A stretch of 62,267 nucleotides of DNA from a virus. Its lineage: Duplodnaviria > Caudoviricetes. The notes beneath the pieces were generated by a model, which saw nothing but the letters and a program-made list of their open reading frames with translations, had not been told where the DNA came from and searched no databases. Each line of letters opens with the position of its first letter. Position 1 is the stretch's first letter. Made by a program: the position numbers and the translations under genes. The DNA is taken from positions 1-62,267 of the IMG/VR virus record IMGVR_UViG_3300023210_000034; one strand, 5' to 3'. Below are positions 36,789 to 46,465 of the stretch, in pieces.

Positions 36789-37403
36789 ATGCGCAAATAT
36801 TTCTTAGCTCCCTTTTTACTAGTAACAATGATGTTTTCTGCCCCAGCTTCATCACTGGATTTCTTCAGTTACAGTGGGTATCCATTGAAGTTTTCACCCA
36901 TCTTTGAGTCAGTTGACCGTATGGTGACATGCCAAGCCACGATCAATGAAATGATCGATAACTTACAACTGTATCAACTTATGATGAAGATGGAGAAGGA
37001 TCAACAAGGAATCCCGATGACCGAGCCAAACAAGTGGGCGGTACTTCGGATCAATCAGTTAAAGGTGGATTGGAGAAAGATTGAGGATACATTGGTTGCG
37101 GTGAATGGAATGTTAGCGAAGACTACGAAGATTGAGCTTCGAACACTCACGCGCAAGCAGCAAAGATCGTATATCACCGACCGTCAGGAACTAGTGCAGA
37201 TACGTATCGCCGGAAACTATTTACAGTTTTGGAATGCTTTGGGCGCGACTGTAGTTGGATGTATTGCCGATCATCAGGCACAGATCAAGCCGACGATGGA
37301 TAAGATACTCGCGAATGTTCAAGAAGCAATAACGGCGACACCAGCAGTACCGGCATCGCCATTAAAACCACGTCCGAAAACGGATATCCCTGAAACAGAA
37401 TAG
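36789..37403 (+). CDS. Secreted/periplasmic hypothetical protein (lone + strand gene)
   Basis: Signal peptide MRKYFLAPFLLVTMMFSAPASS; AAGGA RBS; TATAAT upstream. Confidence 0.75.
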   Translation: MRKYFLAPFLLVTMMFSAPASSLDFFSYSGYPLKFSPIFESVDRMVTCQATINEMIDNLQLYQLMMKMEKDQQGIPMTEPNKWAVLRINQLKVDWRKIEDTLVAVNGMLAKTTKIELRTLTRKQQRSYITDRQELVQIRIAGNYLQFWNALGATVVGCIADHQAQIKPTMDKILANVQEAITATPAVPASPLKPRPKTDIPETE

Positions 37404-38105
37404 CTATTTGGTTATGATGATGCAGCTTTGACGTTCGGCGTCTGTGTCGATAGACCGCCCACATACATAGCGTTGTTTGAAACCGGCTTCCGCGATCATG
37501 GAAAGGAAATACTTTGGTGTATGGAACCCCGTATAGCTACTTGTATCGTCGGCATTGTCATCGTTTTGATTAATTTCAACGCCATCGTGTAGCCAGAAGT
37601 AGTCAAGATGTTTAACTTGTTCAAGTTTTTCATCTTGATCGAAGGTTTCGTATTTGGCTCGATGTTCTAAAAACCATGGCAAGGCGTATGGTTCCAAGAA
37701 GGTAACGACCATCACACCATCATCATTTAGATGATCATGCAACATGGCATGGACAAGCTCTTTAGTTTCGGCATGAGGGGTGTGAGTAAACACACTGAAT
37801 GCTAATATGAAATCGAAACGAGCAAGCATGGGAAGCGGTTCGCCAACGATTCCGGTTGGGTTATAGTGGGGCTGATACCGGTCGAAATGATGCCATGCTG
37901 CTTCTGGATAATCATCATTTCCGAGAATAGTAGCAAAATTGTCCACGTCAACGCAGGTGTAGTTTTTTGGTTCAATTTTAGAAACATCATCGCGAATGAT
38001 ATTACCGTGACTGCCCCCGAAATCGAGAACGGTTTTGTTGACCCAATCAGGGCGTTCGAGTATTGTGTCGAAAAAATCAAATTTCTTAGCGTGGTGATAC
38101 ATCAC
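37404..38105 (-). CDS. Class I SAM-dependent methyltransferase
   Basis: VLDFGGSHG, CVDVD, FDFILAFSVFTH, LNDDG. Confidence 0.8.
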   Translation of the reverse strand: MMYHHAKKFDFFDTILERPDWVNKTVLDFGGSHGNIIRDDVSKIEPKNYTCVDVDNFATILGNDDYPEAAWHHFDRYQPHYNPTGIVGEPLPMLARFDFILAFSVFTHTPHAETKELVHAMLHDHLNDDGVMVVTFLEPYALPWFLEHRAKYETFDQDEKLEQVKHLDYFWLHDGVEINQNDDNADDTSSYTGFHTPKYFLSMIAEAGFKQRYVCGRSIDTDAERQSCIIITK

Positions 38106-38284
38106 GGTTTCCTAGTCGGTAGTTCGGCTAATTTTTCTTCATCCCGCAGGGCTTCTAACATTTTTACCCGTTCATTGACTTCTTTCCGGTCGATATATGC
38201 CCCGAAGGCGGCTTGGCCAACCTTGGCGAATGCTATCCCAAGAACTAGGAGAAACATCAGCACCAACACGCCAACCATTATCAT
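38102..38284 (-). CDS. Small membrane protein
   Basis: N-terminal TM helix, ATGA coupling. Confidence 0.55.
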   Translation of the reverse strand: MIMVGVLVLMFLLVLGIAFAKVGQAAFGAYIDRKEVNERVKMLEALRDEEKLAELPTRKP

Positions 38285-38371
38285 TTTCAGGACCGAACAG
38301 ATACATCATTCCCGCCATTAATGCGGTAAAGAATGTCAGGAATACGATGACTACTGCCATGGGAAGAGGCA

Positions 38372-39667
38372 TTACCTAATCCCATCATAGTGGCAGGTTT
38401 GACCGAATGGTGCGGTGATATGTCCTGCACCCTCGCCGTGGATGATGAACACTGTATCGCAGTAGTCTTCATCGCCCCATGAACCCCAAGGATAACCGTC
38501 CGTGAAGAACAACAGGATGTCGGGTTCGATTTCGTTTTCTTTCATGAAGTCCCAATTCACGGAGAACTCGGTGCCGCCATTACCTGCTGGCATGTAGTCT
38601 TTGAGTTCATCGCCATTGTATTGCGTGAATTCTTTCAGACCGTACACTTGAGTATCGAAGGTCCAGATTGTGACTTTGTAGTCAGTGTACTGTTCCATGA
38701 TGCCGTGGATTTCACCAAAGATTTCCTTACCCATTTCGGTGGTCATAGACCCACTCATATCAACTGCCACGTGGACGTTGACCGTAGGCTCTGGCTCCAT
38801 GCCGGGAAGGATTGCGTCAAGTTCCCAGCCCTTGCGAGACGGACGTTGGAAGGTGAAGTTTGACTTCACTTGACCTTGGATACTGGCAGTAATCATTTCC
38901 CGCCAATCAATCTTTGATTCGTTCCAGTCATCAAGCATGGACTGAATGCCAGCGGGGATATCACCGGCTTCGCATGCTGCTGCAGACTGACGAATGCTAT
39001 CGCGGACTTCGGCTTTGATTTCGTCACGCTCTTCTTTGGTCAATGGCTTTGGACGACCTTTGCCTTTGCCATCTTTGCCGCCAGCTTTGCCTTTGCCGGA
39101 ACCAGCACCTTCGCCATCTTCGTCTTCGACATCCAAGTGATCATCGAGAACCATTCCGGCCAATTTAGGAAGATCGATGCGCTCTGCATTCTCCATCAGA
39201 TCAGCATAAATCTGTTCCATGGACCAACCGTAGTATTTGGTTTCGTGCAGGATAGGAACCTGATCGATTACTTTACCGATACGGTTCTGGATCAGATCAC
39301 CATTCACTGCATAGTCACATGCGATGTTGGCGATATCAGGCCGACGACCTTCGTTACGATCCATATGATCCCAAGCGTTGTGCAAAATCTCGTGTCCGAA
39401 CAGGAACACGTTTTGAGCATCATCCAGAGAAAGAATGAACTTACTGTTGTAATAGAAGTGGCGACCATCGGTTGCGGCGGTTGAAAGCCACGCATCACCG
39501 TTGACCAATATCAGTCGTGCAGCCATGTTCCCGAAGAATGGTTGTGTCAACAGCAAGCGAATCTTGGCCGTGACCAATTTCTTGATAGCTTCTTCGTCCT
39601 CGTACGGATCAGTTTTGAATCCGACAGGGAGTGCTGACTTGCCTTCTGGTTTAATTATGCTTGACAT
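38372..39667 (-). CDS. VWA-like protein with N-terminal putative metallopeptidase (DUF2201-type)
   Basis: TAATDG, HEILH, N.ACDYAVN; MIDAS DMSGS, GGT.F, FTDG. Confidence 0.85.
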   Translation of the reverse strand: MSSIIKPEGKSALPVGFKTDPYEDEEAIKKLVTAKIRLLLTQPFFGNMAARLILVNGDAWLSTAATDGRHFYYNSKFILSLDDAQNVFLFGHEILHNAWDHMDRNEGRRPDIANIACDYAVNGDLIQNRIGKVIDQVPILHETKYYGWSMEQIYADLMENAERIDLPKLAGMVLDDHLDVEDEDGEGAGSGKGKAGGKDGKGKGRPKPLTKEERDEIKAEVRDSIRQSAAACEAGDIPAGIQSMLDDWNESKIDWREMITASIQGQVKSNFTFQRPSRKGWELDAILPGMEPEPTVNVHVAVDMSGSMTTEMGKEIFGEIHGIMEQYTDYKVTIWTFDTQVYGLKEFTQYNGDELKDYMPAGNGGTEFSVNWDFMKENEIEPDILLFFTDGYPWGSWGDEDYCDTVFIIHGEGAGHITAPFGQTCHYDGIR

Positions 39668-39694
39668 ATTGTTTCCTTATTTGAATGTACACGG

Positions 39695-39722
39695 AGTATA
39701 CCATGATTCATTCTGGTGTCAA
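39695..39722 (-). promoter_or_regulatory. Sigma70-type early promoter
   Basis: TTGACA-N16-TATACT with the same TCATGG spacer end as the 21.8/22.1 kb promoters. Confidence 0.7.
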
Positions 39723-39989
39723 TGTTTTTTCTGGCATTTGTGCGATAGGGAATTCAACGTATCTGGCTTTTCTTCCTTTGGAAGTATATGGTTGTCTGTA
39801 CCCGATTGCATAACCGTTGTCGAGTTCCACCCAATAGTTAACATCTTTTTCGGGACCGGGCCATCCAAAGTTTGATCCGTTGCGGTGTTTGATTAGTTGT
39901 GTTCCGTGTTCTTTGGCGGGGATGTCGCGTGTTTTATATTTTCGCATGCTCCACCAAGCATCGAAATCATCTTTGAGGTTGCCGTACAT
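39708..39989 (-). CDS. Hypothetical protein
   Basis: AGGAG RBS; WPGPEKDVNYWVELDNGYAIG. Confidence 0.7.
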   Translation of the reverse strand: MYGNLKDDFDAWWSMRKYKTRDIPAKEHGTQLIKHRNGSNFGWPGPEKDVNYWVELDNGYAIGYRQPYTSKGRKARYVEFPIAQMPEKTLTPE

Positions 39990-39999
39990 TTACGAACTC

Positions 40000-40260
40000 C
40001 TATGAGTCGAGGGTGTCTTTTTGTTCAGATTCGTACACGGCGATTACCATGTCGATTCCACGAATGATTTCTTTGACGATTTGTTTCATACCGTCTTTGT
40101 TATCAGGGTGTGCTTCTGTCATGCCTACGGTGATTTGCATGATCATGTCTTGAACATCTTCGAGGGTCTCGATTTTAGCTTCACCGACTTGCAGTTCTAG
40201 GAAATCTTTGAAGTCTTCTGGTGTGGGTGTGTTCATCATTGTATTTATCCCAGTACTCAT
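40000..40260 (-). CDS. Hypothetical acidic protein
   Basis: ORF; ATAAATA at 40242-40248 suggests a start at the second Met. Confidence 0.6.
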   Translation of the reverse strand: MSTGINTMMNTPTPEDFKDFLELQVGEAKIETLEDVQDMIMQITVGMTEAHPDNKDGMKQIVKEIIRGIDMVIAVYESEQKDTLDS

Positions 40261-40409
40261 TCTGATCCCTGCTTGTGTGTAGAGATCATGCCCGTGGCGA
40301 TCATTGCGAACATCCCTACAAGGATGACTGCGCCACCAACCTCACTAAACGCAATAGCGGCGGTACCGCCCCAAATGCCACATATAGCGATGCCTTGGCC
40401 TATGCTCAT
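40257..40409 (-). CDS. Small membrane protein (50 aa)
   Basis: MSIGQGIAICGIWGGTAAIAFSEVGGAVILVGMFAMIATGMISTHKQGSE*; AGGAG RBS. Confidence 0.6.
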   Translation of the reverse strand: MSIGQGIAICGIWGGTAAIAFSEVGGAVILVGMFAMIATGMISTHKQGSE

Positions 40410-40422
40410 GGTATCTCCTGTA

Positions 40423-40467
40423 AAGAAAAGGATGGGGTGAGGGCTGGCTACAGTCCCTCACCCCATC
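40423..40467 (-). terminator. Rho-independent terminator after the AAA ATPase gene
   Basis: GATGGGGTGAGGG...CCCTCACCCCATC hairpin followed by CTTTTCTTT on the minus strand. Confidence 0.85.
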
Positions 40468-40479
40468 AGGGGCCGACGA

Positions 40480-41637
40480 TTAGTCGTCAATATCGCCAAG
40501 AGCGGCGGCGATGAAGTGGCCGTACTCTTTGTTGAACTTCTCGAACTGTGTCATCTTTTGAGGGATGACTGGAAGTTCAAACTTAACCAGAGCGGTTCGG
40601 ACAGCCATGACAACGATTTCTGTGGTCATGTTATCCATCATGAAGGTAACGAAGTGGTCGAACTTATCGTACCAAGCATCATCGCCTTTGGTTTTCTCGA
40701 AATCCTCTTTCAACTCGTAGCAGAGAGAAACCGAGAGGGAGAAGTGAGCGGACACGTTGTCGATCTTCAACTCTTTGACCTTACCCATCAGGATATCGGT
40801 CGGGTTAGGCATCTTGTGAACGATGGCGCGTGTTGCCATGAACTTGCCAGCCATTGCATCACCGATGCTGCCACCCAAGAGTTTGCGAAGTGTGGAGTCT
40901 TTGACACCCTTGACTGCGCAGAAGTCAGAAACGAAAGACCAAGAGCGAGGGGTGGCGAAAGCGCGACCAGAAGACTTCGGCTTGAAATCGTACAAGTCAG
41001 CTTTGTTCGCATTCAAGTATGCGATAACAGTAGCGTCTTGACGGTTTGCGATTGCCCATTCTTCCCAGCACTTGTAGTCATGCTTCATTTCCAAGTGAGA
41101 GAAACGGTTGGACAGTGGAGTAGGCATGCGGTACACGACACCTTTGTCGGTTTCGCGGTTACCAGCGGCAACGATAACAACGTTGTCTGGCAGTTTGTAT
41201 TCGCCGACACGACGGTTCAGGATAAGCTGATAACCACTTGCCATAACGGCGGGAGAAGCGGTGTTCATTTCATCAAGGAACAGTGTGACGATTGGGAAGT
41301 CGATGCACTTCATGCCCTTCATTCCATCAGGAATTTTGTCAGTGAACAGCATGTCGTCATCATTTGGCAGACAGCCGGGACGTGCCCATTCCATTGTGTT
41401 GGTGGATTTGGAGTAGAACGGCATGCCTTTGATGTCGGTGACATCAAGCAGTGGCATACGGAGATCGATCACATAACCACCGCGATCAACAGTGATCTGC
41501 TCGATGATTTCTGATTTACCGATACCCGGTGGACCCCAAAGGAATACTGGACGTTTTACCATGAAGGCAACTTCCAGAGCTTCCGCTACTTCTTTTGGAG
41601 TGCATATTTCGATATTTAGTGCGTCGTTACTAGCCAT
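40480..41637 (-). CDS. MoxR-family AAA+ ATPase
   Basis: Walker A GPPGIGKS, Walker B LFLDE, AAGN, NRF, TPRSW. Confidence 0.92.
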   Translation of the reverse strand: MASNDALNIEICTPKEVAEALEVAFMVKRPVFLWGPPGIGKSEIIEQITVDRGGYVIDLRMPLLDVTDIKGMPFYSKSTNTMEWARPGCLPNDDDMLFTDKIPDGMKGMKCIDFPIVTLFLDEMNTASPAVMASGYQLILNRRVGEYKLPDNVVIVAAGNRETDKGVVYRMPTPLSNRFSHLEMKHDYKCWEEWAIANRQDATVIAYLNANKADLYDFKPKSSGRAFATPRSWSFVSDFCAVKGVKDSTLRKLLGGSIGDAMAGKFMATRAIVHKMPNPTDILMGKVKELKIDNVSAHFSLSVSLCYELKEDFEKTKGDDAWYDKFDHFVTFMMDNMTTEIVVMAVRTALVKFELPVIPQKMTQFEKFNKEYGHFIAAALGDIDD

Positions 41638-41679
41638 TTTCGTCAACCCTTTCAAAGGTGGTTTGTTTTCTTGATGCAG

Positions 41680-41707
41680 ATAGTATCACAAAAAAGCTGT
41701 GTGTCAA
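41680..41707 (-). promoter_or_regulatory. Sigma70-type promoter
   Basis: TTGACA-N16-TACTAT with extended TG. Confidence 0.6.
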
Positions 41708-41764
41708 TCGTTTTTTAAAACTTTGTTGAAACTCTTTAGTGACGGTCTCGATTTGTTAAGGGGA

Positions 41765-41793
41765 AGTATACACGTACATCCGACATATGTCAA
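41765..41793 (-). promoter_or_regulatory. Sigma70-type promoter
   Basis: TTGACA-N17-TATACT. Confidence 0.65.
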
Positions 41794-41799
41794 CTGCTA

Positions 41800-42147
41800 T
41801 TATCGTTGTTGTGTAATTAAAAAGCGTTGGATGTCAAAACCACATAGTGCAAACCAATTGAAGATCGCTCGATCAAAGAAGATGATCCTCTTTCTGTATA
41901 TGTAGTATGGGCAATTGATCTTTTTATCTAATGCCAACAATGTCTTGAAATTGGACTCAATGTTCTTGCGTTGTTTGACGTTTGCATGAAATGCTTCTAG
42001 ATCAAGCTTGTGTTGAAATTCATGTAGACCTATCTCGGTCAATCTTAATCCGCCGCCTTTGCGTGGGTTCATCCATATGATTGGAAACAATTGTTCCGCA
42101 GTTTCGGCAGACTTTTCTGCAACTAACTCCGTAAGTTTTTGTTTCAT
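41800..42147 (-). CDS. Hypothetical phage protein
   Basis: WMNPR..GGLRLT..G...LD..INCPYY. Confidence 0.75.
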   Translation of the reverse strand: MKQKLTELVAEKSAETAEQLFPIIWMNPRKGGGLRLTEIGLHEFQHKLDLEAFHANVKQRKNIESNFKTLLALDKKINCPYYIYRKRIIFFDRAIFNWFALCGFDIQRFLITQQR

Positions 42148-42437
42148 GGATACACCTGTTGCCCCTTGATTAATTTCATGACAACGAATAGGTCTGTCTT
42201 GAATTCGGTGTTCAGTTTCTTGGCGAGGTTGATCGCATGTCCGGGATTGCTGAATGAAACCTTTTTATATTTCGGGGGATTCTTCTTGAGGTTCTTCAAC
42301 AAGTTCAATGTTTTTAGATTGATAGGTTGCCCATCATAGTACACAGCCCAAATCCCATCACTCAATAGGACTTGTTCAGAGTCATATGTTTCTTTGTTTG
42401 TGTTCTCTCGGAGAACGGTCGGGGCAGGACGCGACAT
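42144..42437 (-). CDS. Hypothetical phage protein
   Basis: MSRPAPTVL...WAVYYDGQPINLK...PKYKKVSFSNPGHAINLAKKLN; start at 42437. Confidence 0.8.
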   Translation of the reverse strand: MSRPAPTVLRENTNKETYDSEQVLLSDGIWAVYYDGQPINLKTLNLLKNLKKNPPKYKKVSFSNPGHAINLAKKLNTEFKTDLFVVMKLIKGQQVYP

Positions 42438-42994
42438 TATCCTTCTCCCTTTAGTTTGCGCCATCTAGCAAGTTGAGATTGGCGGCATTTTTCTTTTTGT
42501 TCCTCGGACATAGGACCACGTTTTGGCATAACCTGTTTTGCACGAGCTACCCGAAGCTTTTCCTTTTGTTCCTCTTTCATTTTCCAACCGCTGGGCATAA
42601 CCTGCTTTGCTCTAGCATCGCGGATTTTTTGTTTGGATTCTTCTGAATGTTTACGTTTTAATCCTTTCTCACTGAGTATTTTTCTACCAGCTTCGGAAAT
42701 GCCAGTATCGCCACCCATTTGTCCGTCTTCTTGTTTTAAATTAGCCCATTCGCGAGATTCGACTATGTTATTGTTGGTTGAGAAATTCAGAGCATACTCT
42801 ATCAACTCTTGTTCGTCCGTGAACTGTTTTTTCCAAACAGTGGTAACATTATTGGAATGCTTTTTAATATGCCTAACCCAATACAAACCAGAACCGCTAT
42901 ATCCATCCGGATCGTTCACAGTCTTTCCGAAATATTTCATACCCGTATCATTGTGTTCTTTGATATATAACCACGTTGGTTTAAAATTGTCCAT
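42437..42994 (-). mobile_element. Free-standing GIY-YIG (Seg-like) homing endonuclease with NUMOD3 repeats
   Basis: WLYIKEH..TGMKYFGKT...YSGSG; KHSEESKQKI, MKEEQKEKL, MSEEQKEKC; late promoter ATAAATA at 42999-43005. Confidence 0.85.
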
Positions 42995-43025
42995 ACTGTA
43001 TTTATCTATTATATGGGTATATAAC

Positions 43026-43259
43026 TCAAAAAGTTCCACCATCGAATTTACTAGGCAATCCTTGGCTGGCCAAATTGGCCTCGTCTTGATATTGGGTTTT
43101 TGATTGTAGTTCAGCCACGAGATCAATCAATCCAAACATCTCATTGTGTAAATCTCTTGCGTCTTTGGCGGTCATGGTTAATTGTTTACCCGCCTGATCG
43201 TTCATCAGTTTCACCTTCTCGCGAAACTTTTTGATGTGCAATGAGCTATACGCTGCCAT
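43026..43259 (-). CDS. Hypothetical phage protein
   Basis: MAAYSSLHIKKF...A+DL..E...FDGGTF; AAGGA RBS. Confidence 0.7.
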   Translation of the reverse strand: MAAYSSLHIKKFREKVKLMNDQAGKQLTMTAKDARDLHNEMFGLIDLVAELQSKTQYQDEANLASQGLPSKFDGGTF

Positions 43260-43713
43260 TGTCGATTGCTTCCTTGACGGTATTGAACGGTCCCTGATAG
43301 CCATAGCGTTGTAGTGTAATCAGTTTAGGACAGAACATATATTTCCATTGCCCGTTGTTCTTCAGATCGACCATATAATGACCGGCACAGAAGTAACTCT
43401 TTGATTTCGCGCCTTTGGTAAACAATGGTACACGTCGAACGACATCATACATTGTATTGAATGGCATAGCGTCGGTGCTATAACCATATACATCCAATGG
43501 TGCTTGTGGCGTTTTCTTCACTGACTTAGTGAACTTGATGTCGTATTTGGCACCAATTTCTTTCAATGATACAAACTGTTCGGACTTATTCCCGAAATGA
43601 ATGGTCATTGTGTCTCCGTTGCCGGAACTAATGATTGATCCGACCTTGGACCCATTAGTCTTATTGATTACCCAACACTTGTTTTTTACGATGGGATTTG
43701 CTATTAGTTTCAT
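43246..43713 (-). CDS. Hypothetical phage protein
   Basis: MKLIANPIVKNKCW...PLFTK..KSKSYFCAG.Y...CPKLITLQRY..QGPF; GGAG RBS. Confidence 0.8.
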   Translation of the reverse strand: MKLIANPIVKNKCWVINKTNGSKVGSIISSGNGDTMTIHFGNKSEQFVSLKEIGAKYDIKFTKSVKKTPQAPLDVYGYSTDAMPFNTMYDVVRRVPLFTKGAKSKSYFCAGHYMVDLKNNGQWKYMFCPKLITLQRYGYQGPFNTVKEAIDNGSV

Positions 43714-44705
43714 ATTTGTTCTCCGTATGATGAACTCAGCCATGCTGTATATTGCTTTGAAAACCCTGAAATAGTATTTAGGTCGTATTTTGAGCAAAAG
43801 CGCATAAACATCAGGCCAACCTTCGCGATATCCTTTGGATGTTCGGCCAGTTCAATGGCTTCATCGATCTTTTCAATCACGTATTCTGGCTGTTTGGTGA
43901 GATCAATCAGGGTCTTGTTGCGCTCATAATCTTCTTTGACTACGTGCTCTGCCCCTTCGTGATCGGTCCATGTTTGTTGCATCAGGTTATTCCAATCATA
44001 ACCTCTGGTGGGTTTATCGGCAAATGCTTCCAACAGTCCTGTACGTTTAGCTGAACCCTTCTTTCGAACGCCGGGGTACGCACTGAATACATTATCGGCG
44101 CTATCTCCACGGATACATTTCTCGAACAATACCCATTCTGGATTAGGTGGCTCCTTTGGTTCTTGTGTCTTCTTATCGATCACTGGCTTATCGTTGTCAC
44201 CAAAGATACCATGAACGGTAATCAATTGGCTTGCCAATCCATTGTACTGGTATACGGTTTCGCTCAACAATTGATGGAAGTCAGAGTCGGAACTCAGAAT
44301 GATATGAGTATCGTTCGGATGGGTTTGAATCCATCGAGCAATCATATCATCGGCTTCGGCCACATGATTTTGTAGCACAGTGCAGTTCGTTCGTTCGGTA
44401 AGATATTCGGTGAAATGTCCATACGCTTCGAAGAACTCTTCATCTTCTTTGATTTCTTTGGGTGTACGTTTTTGTTTCAACACATCCCGATTACGTTTGT
44501 ATGGTTCGTAGAAATCTTTGCGCCATGATCGGCCTTCGAGACAGAAGATCACATGGTCAACATTTTCTTTGAGGACTGATTTGTTCACGATTGATAGGGT
44601 AGTATGGATAGCCATCCCGATCTTCAAGTGGGATTCTGATCCTTTAGCTGCCATATGTTTAGCGCGGAAGAAAGCATTCATAGTGTCTACTAGTAGATAT
44701 CGCAT
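43710..44705 (-). CDS. rnh: T4 RNase H-like 5'-3' exonuclease (FEN family)
   Basis: LLVDTMN, SWRKDFY.PYK.NR, EADD, SSDSDFHQL, RGDSADNV, N..LIDL. Confidence 0.9.
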   Translation of the reverse strand: MRYLLVDTMNAFFRAKHMAAKGSESHLKIGMAIHTTLSIVNKSVLKENVDHVIFCLEGRSWRKDFYEPYKRNRDVLKQKRTPKEIKEDEEFFEAYGHFTEYLTERTNCTVLQNHVAEADDMIARWIQTHPNDTHIILSSDSDFHQLLSETVYQYNGLASQLITVHGIFGDNDKPVIDKKTQEPKEPPNPEWVLFEKCIRGDSADNVFSAYPGVRKKGSAKRTGLLEAFADKPTRGYDWNNLMQQTWTDHEGAEHVVKEDYERNKTLIDLTKQPEYVIEKIDEAIELAEHPKDIAKVGLMFMRFCSKYDLNTISGFSKQYTAWLSSSYGEQI

Positions 44706-45085
44706 TAAGTTACCTCTGTTCTGCCATTACCAATTTTACGCCGACCGGATGGTTCTATGTCAGGGTTCATGGCTTCATCTTTTTCGAAGTTCTCCATGGC
44801 GATCTGACGACATACATCTTGGAACCAATGGTCTACCATTTCGGCATCCGTTTTGGCTTCGTAGCCTGATTTGGCTAGACGTACGATGAAAGCATCATTC
44901 CAATCGAATTCAAATGATCCACCGGCAGTTGGGTTGTCTGGATCGACTTCTACATTGATCACGTCAATATATGATAGCCCTTGTTGATCCGCGTATTCTT
45001 TATCGGTTAGTTCCGGATCGATTTTATCCGTGTTGTCTACATCCGGCTTGCCGCCGAATATTCCTTTAAGTATAGCTCCGAACAT
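44705..45085 (-). CDS. Hypothetical phage protein
   Basis: GSFEFDWNDAFI..L...GY...VDHWFQDVC; start at 45085. Confidence 0.7.
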   Translation of the reverse strand: MFGAILKGIFGGKPDVDNTDKIDPELTDKEYADQQGLSYIDVINVEVDPDNPTAGGSFEFDWNDAFIVRLAKSGYEAKTDAEMVDHWFQDVCRQIAMENFEKDEAMNPDIEPSGRRKIGNGRTEVT

Positions 45086-45321
45086 TATAGTTCCTCTATG
45101 ATACCGAGTACTTCCGCAAAGCCCATCAGGGATGCGAATACCCATACTGCATTTGCGTCGATTTGAATGCCATACAGTCCTAAAATAATACATGCAGCAA
45201 TACGTGCTACGCTTTTTGTCACACTAATTCGGAAGTGTGTTTTCCTTGGGTCTTGTCCTACCGGCATTGTGTCATCCTCGTGTTCATTGTATGCTTGCCT
45301 TGCTCGTTCTTCCGGTGTCAT
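45085..45321 (-). CDS. Small membrane protein
   Basis: HFRIS..KS..RI...AEVLGIIEEL, two hydrophobic segments. Confidence 0.7.
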   Translation of the reverse strand: MTPEERARQAYNEHEDDTMPVGQDPRKTHFRISVTKSVARIAACIILGLYGIQIDANAVWVFASLMGFAEVLGIIEEL

Positions 45322-45512
45322 TTGATTTCCTTAATATAGATACCATCATCCCGAACTTCATAGTCAAGGTCTGTATCTTCATCCCATCCCATTCGTTCCA
45401 GCAGTTCTGGCGGCAATGGTAAGATCAAATTATCAGCATCATCCGGATCGGATTGAATGATAAGTGTTTCGTACCACGGCTTGTTATTTAAACGTTTTTC
45501 AAGCATGCTCAT
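45318..45512 (-). CDS. AbrB/MazE/SpoVT-like small protein
   Basis: LILPLPPELLERMGWDEDTDLDYEV.DDGIYIK. Confidence 0.65.
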   Translation of the reverse strand: MSMLEKRLNNKPWYETLIIQSDPDDADNLILPLPPELLERMGWDEDTDLDYEVRDDGIYIKEIK

Positions 45513-45516
45513 AATT

Positions 45517-45927
45517 TTATAACGTGAAAGTGTCAATGAAATCAATACCATAGCGTTCACAACCGGGCAATACCCACTCGGGCATATCGTCAATCATGAT
45601 GGTGATATCTCTTTCGTAACACATCAGTCCTTTCCAATGCATAGATTCATCACCATCCAGAATGATACTTTGGGTGGCGATATCTGGTTGACGTACCTGC
45701 ATAACGATATCTTCGAAATGATCCATTGTCAGCTTGGTATGTGATTGTAAATCAAAGATCGTTTGTTCTCTGGTCCAGAAACCTGTGTTGTTTCTGAACG
45801 TGACGATCCAATATTCTTTATCGGGATTGGCCAAGATATACTCTTCGAACAAGTGTGTCTTGTTACTGTTCACAAGTGTATGATCGAAGTCAATCCCGAT
45901 CTTTTGATGTTTGTCTAATCGATTCAT
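45517..45927 (-). CDS. HAD-superfamily hydrolase-like protein
   Basis: IGIDFDHTL (DxDxT), IVTFR, K, IDDMP. Confidence 0.7.
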   Translation of the reverse strand: MNRLDKHQKIGIDFDHTLVNSNKTHLFEEYILANPDKEYWIVTFRNNTGFWTREQTIFDLQSHTKLTMDHFEDIVMQVRQPDIATQSIILDGDESMHWKGLMCYERDITIMIDDMPEWVLPGCERYGIDFIDTFTL

Positions 45928-46397
45928 TGTATATCCAGTCTCGCAATTGGTAGATTGTAACAGTCTGCTTTTACGATGAAATTATTTGATGGATCAACAT
46001 CGCCTTTTTTCATAAATCGGGCAGCATCGAAATATTCCTGCTTACCCATGGCTCCAAGGAACCAAGCCTTCTTGCATTTAGAGTCTACTCGCACGAAGGC
46101 ATACGCATCGCATTGTTGTTTTGTATTGAATGCAGCAACACTGCACTCATAGTGTGGGCGTGGTGCTGATGTCACTCGTTTTGTTTTCACATCAACCGTC
46201 AGTCCGTTCGTGAGAATGAGATCATAATCGTACGTATTCGCTATGGTCCCGCCGAATATCTGATGTGCCACCAGTTCTCCAATAAACCCAGCGGTATTGC
46301 CTTTACCGCTGAGAATACTGTTATTTAACTTTCCCATTCTGAGGGCTTCTTGTTCGGCGTAGTCGCGCATGTCTTGTGTAATATTTACATACTCCAT
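45924..46397 (-). CDS. PD-(D/E)xK-like nuclease-fold protein
   Basis: GFIGE...DYDL...TVDVKTK; start likely MEYVNI at 46397. Confidence 0.55.
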   Translation of the reverse strand: MEYVNITQDMRDYAEQEALRMGKLNNSILSGKGNTAGFIGELVAHQIFGGTIANTYDYDLILTNGLTVDVKTKRVTSAPRPHYECSVAAFNTKQQCDAYAFVRVDSKCKKAWFLGAMGKQEYFDAARFMKKGDVDPSNNFIVKADCYNLPIARLDIQ

Positions 46398-46465
46398 TAT
46401 CGTTCCGGTGTACTCATTTTGTTTTCCTTTAGTACTTTTGTTTTTCTGGTATAACGCCTCTAAAG

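Noticed and set aside
40516-41514. 332-aa + strand ORF
   Set aside because: Antisense shadow of the MoxR ATPase with no motifs. The same applies to most short opposite-strand ORFs in the track.
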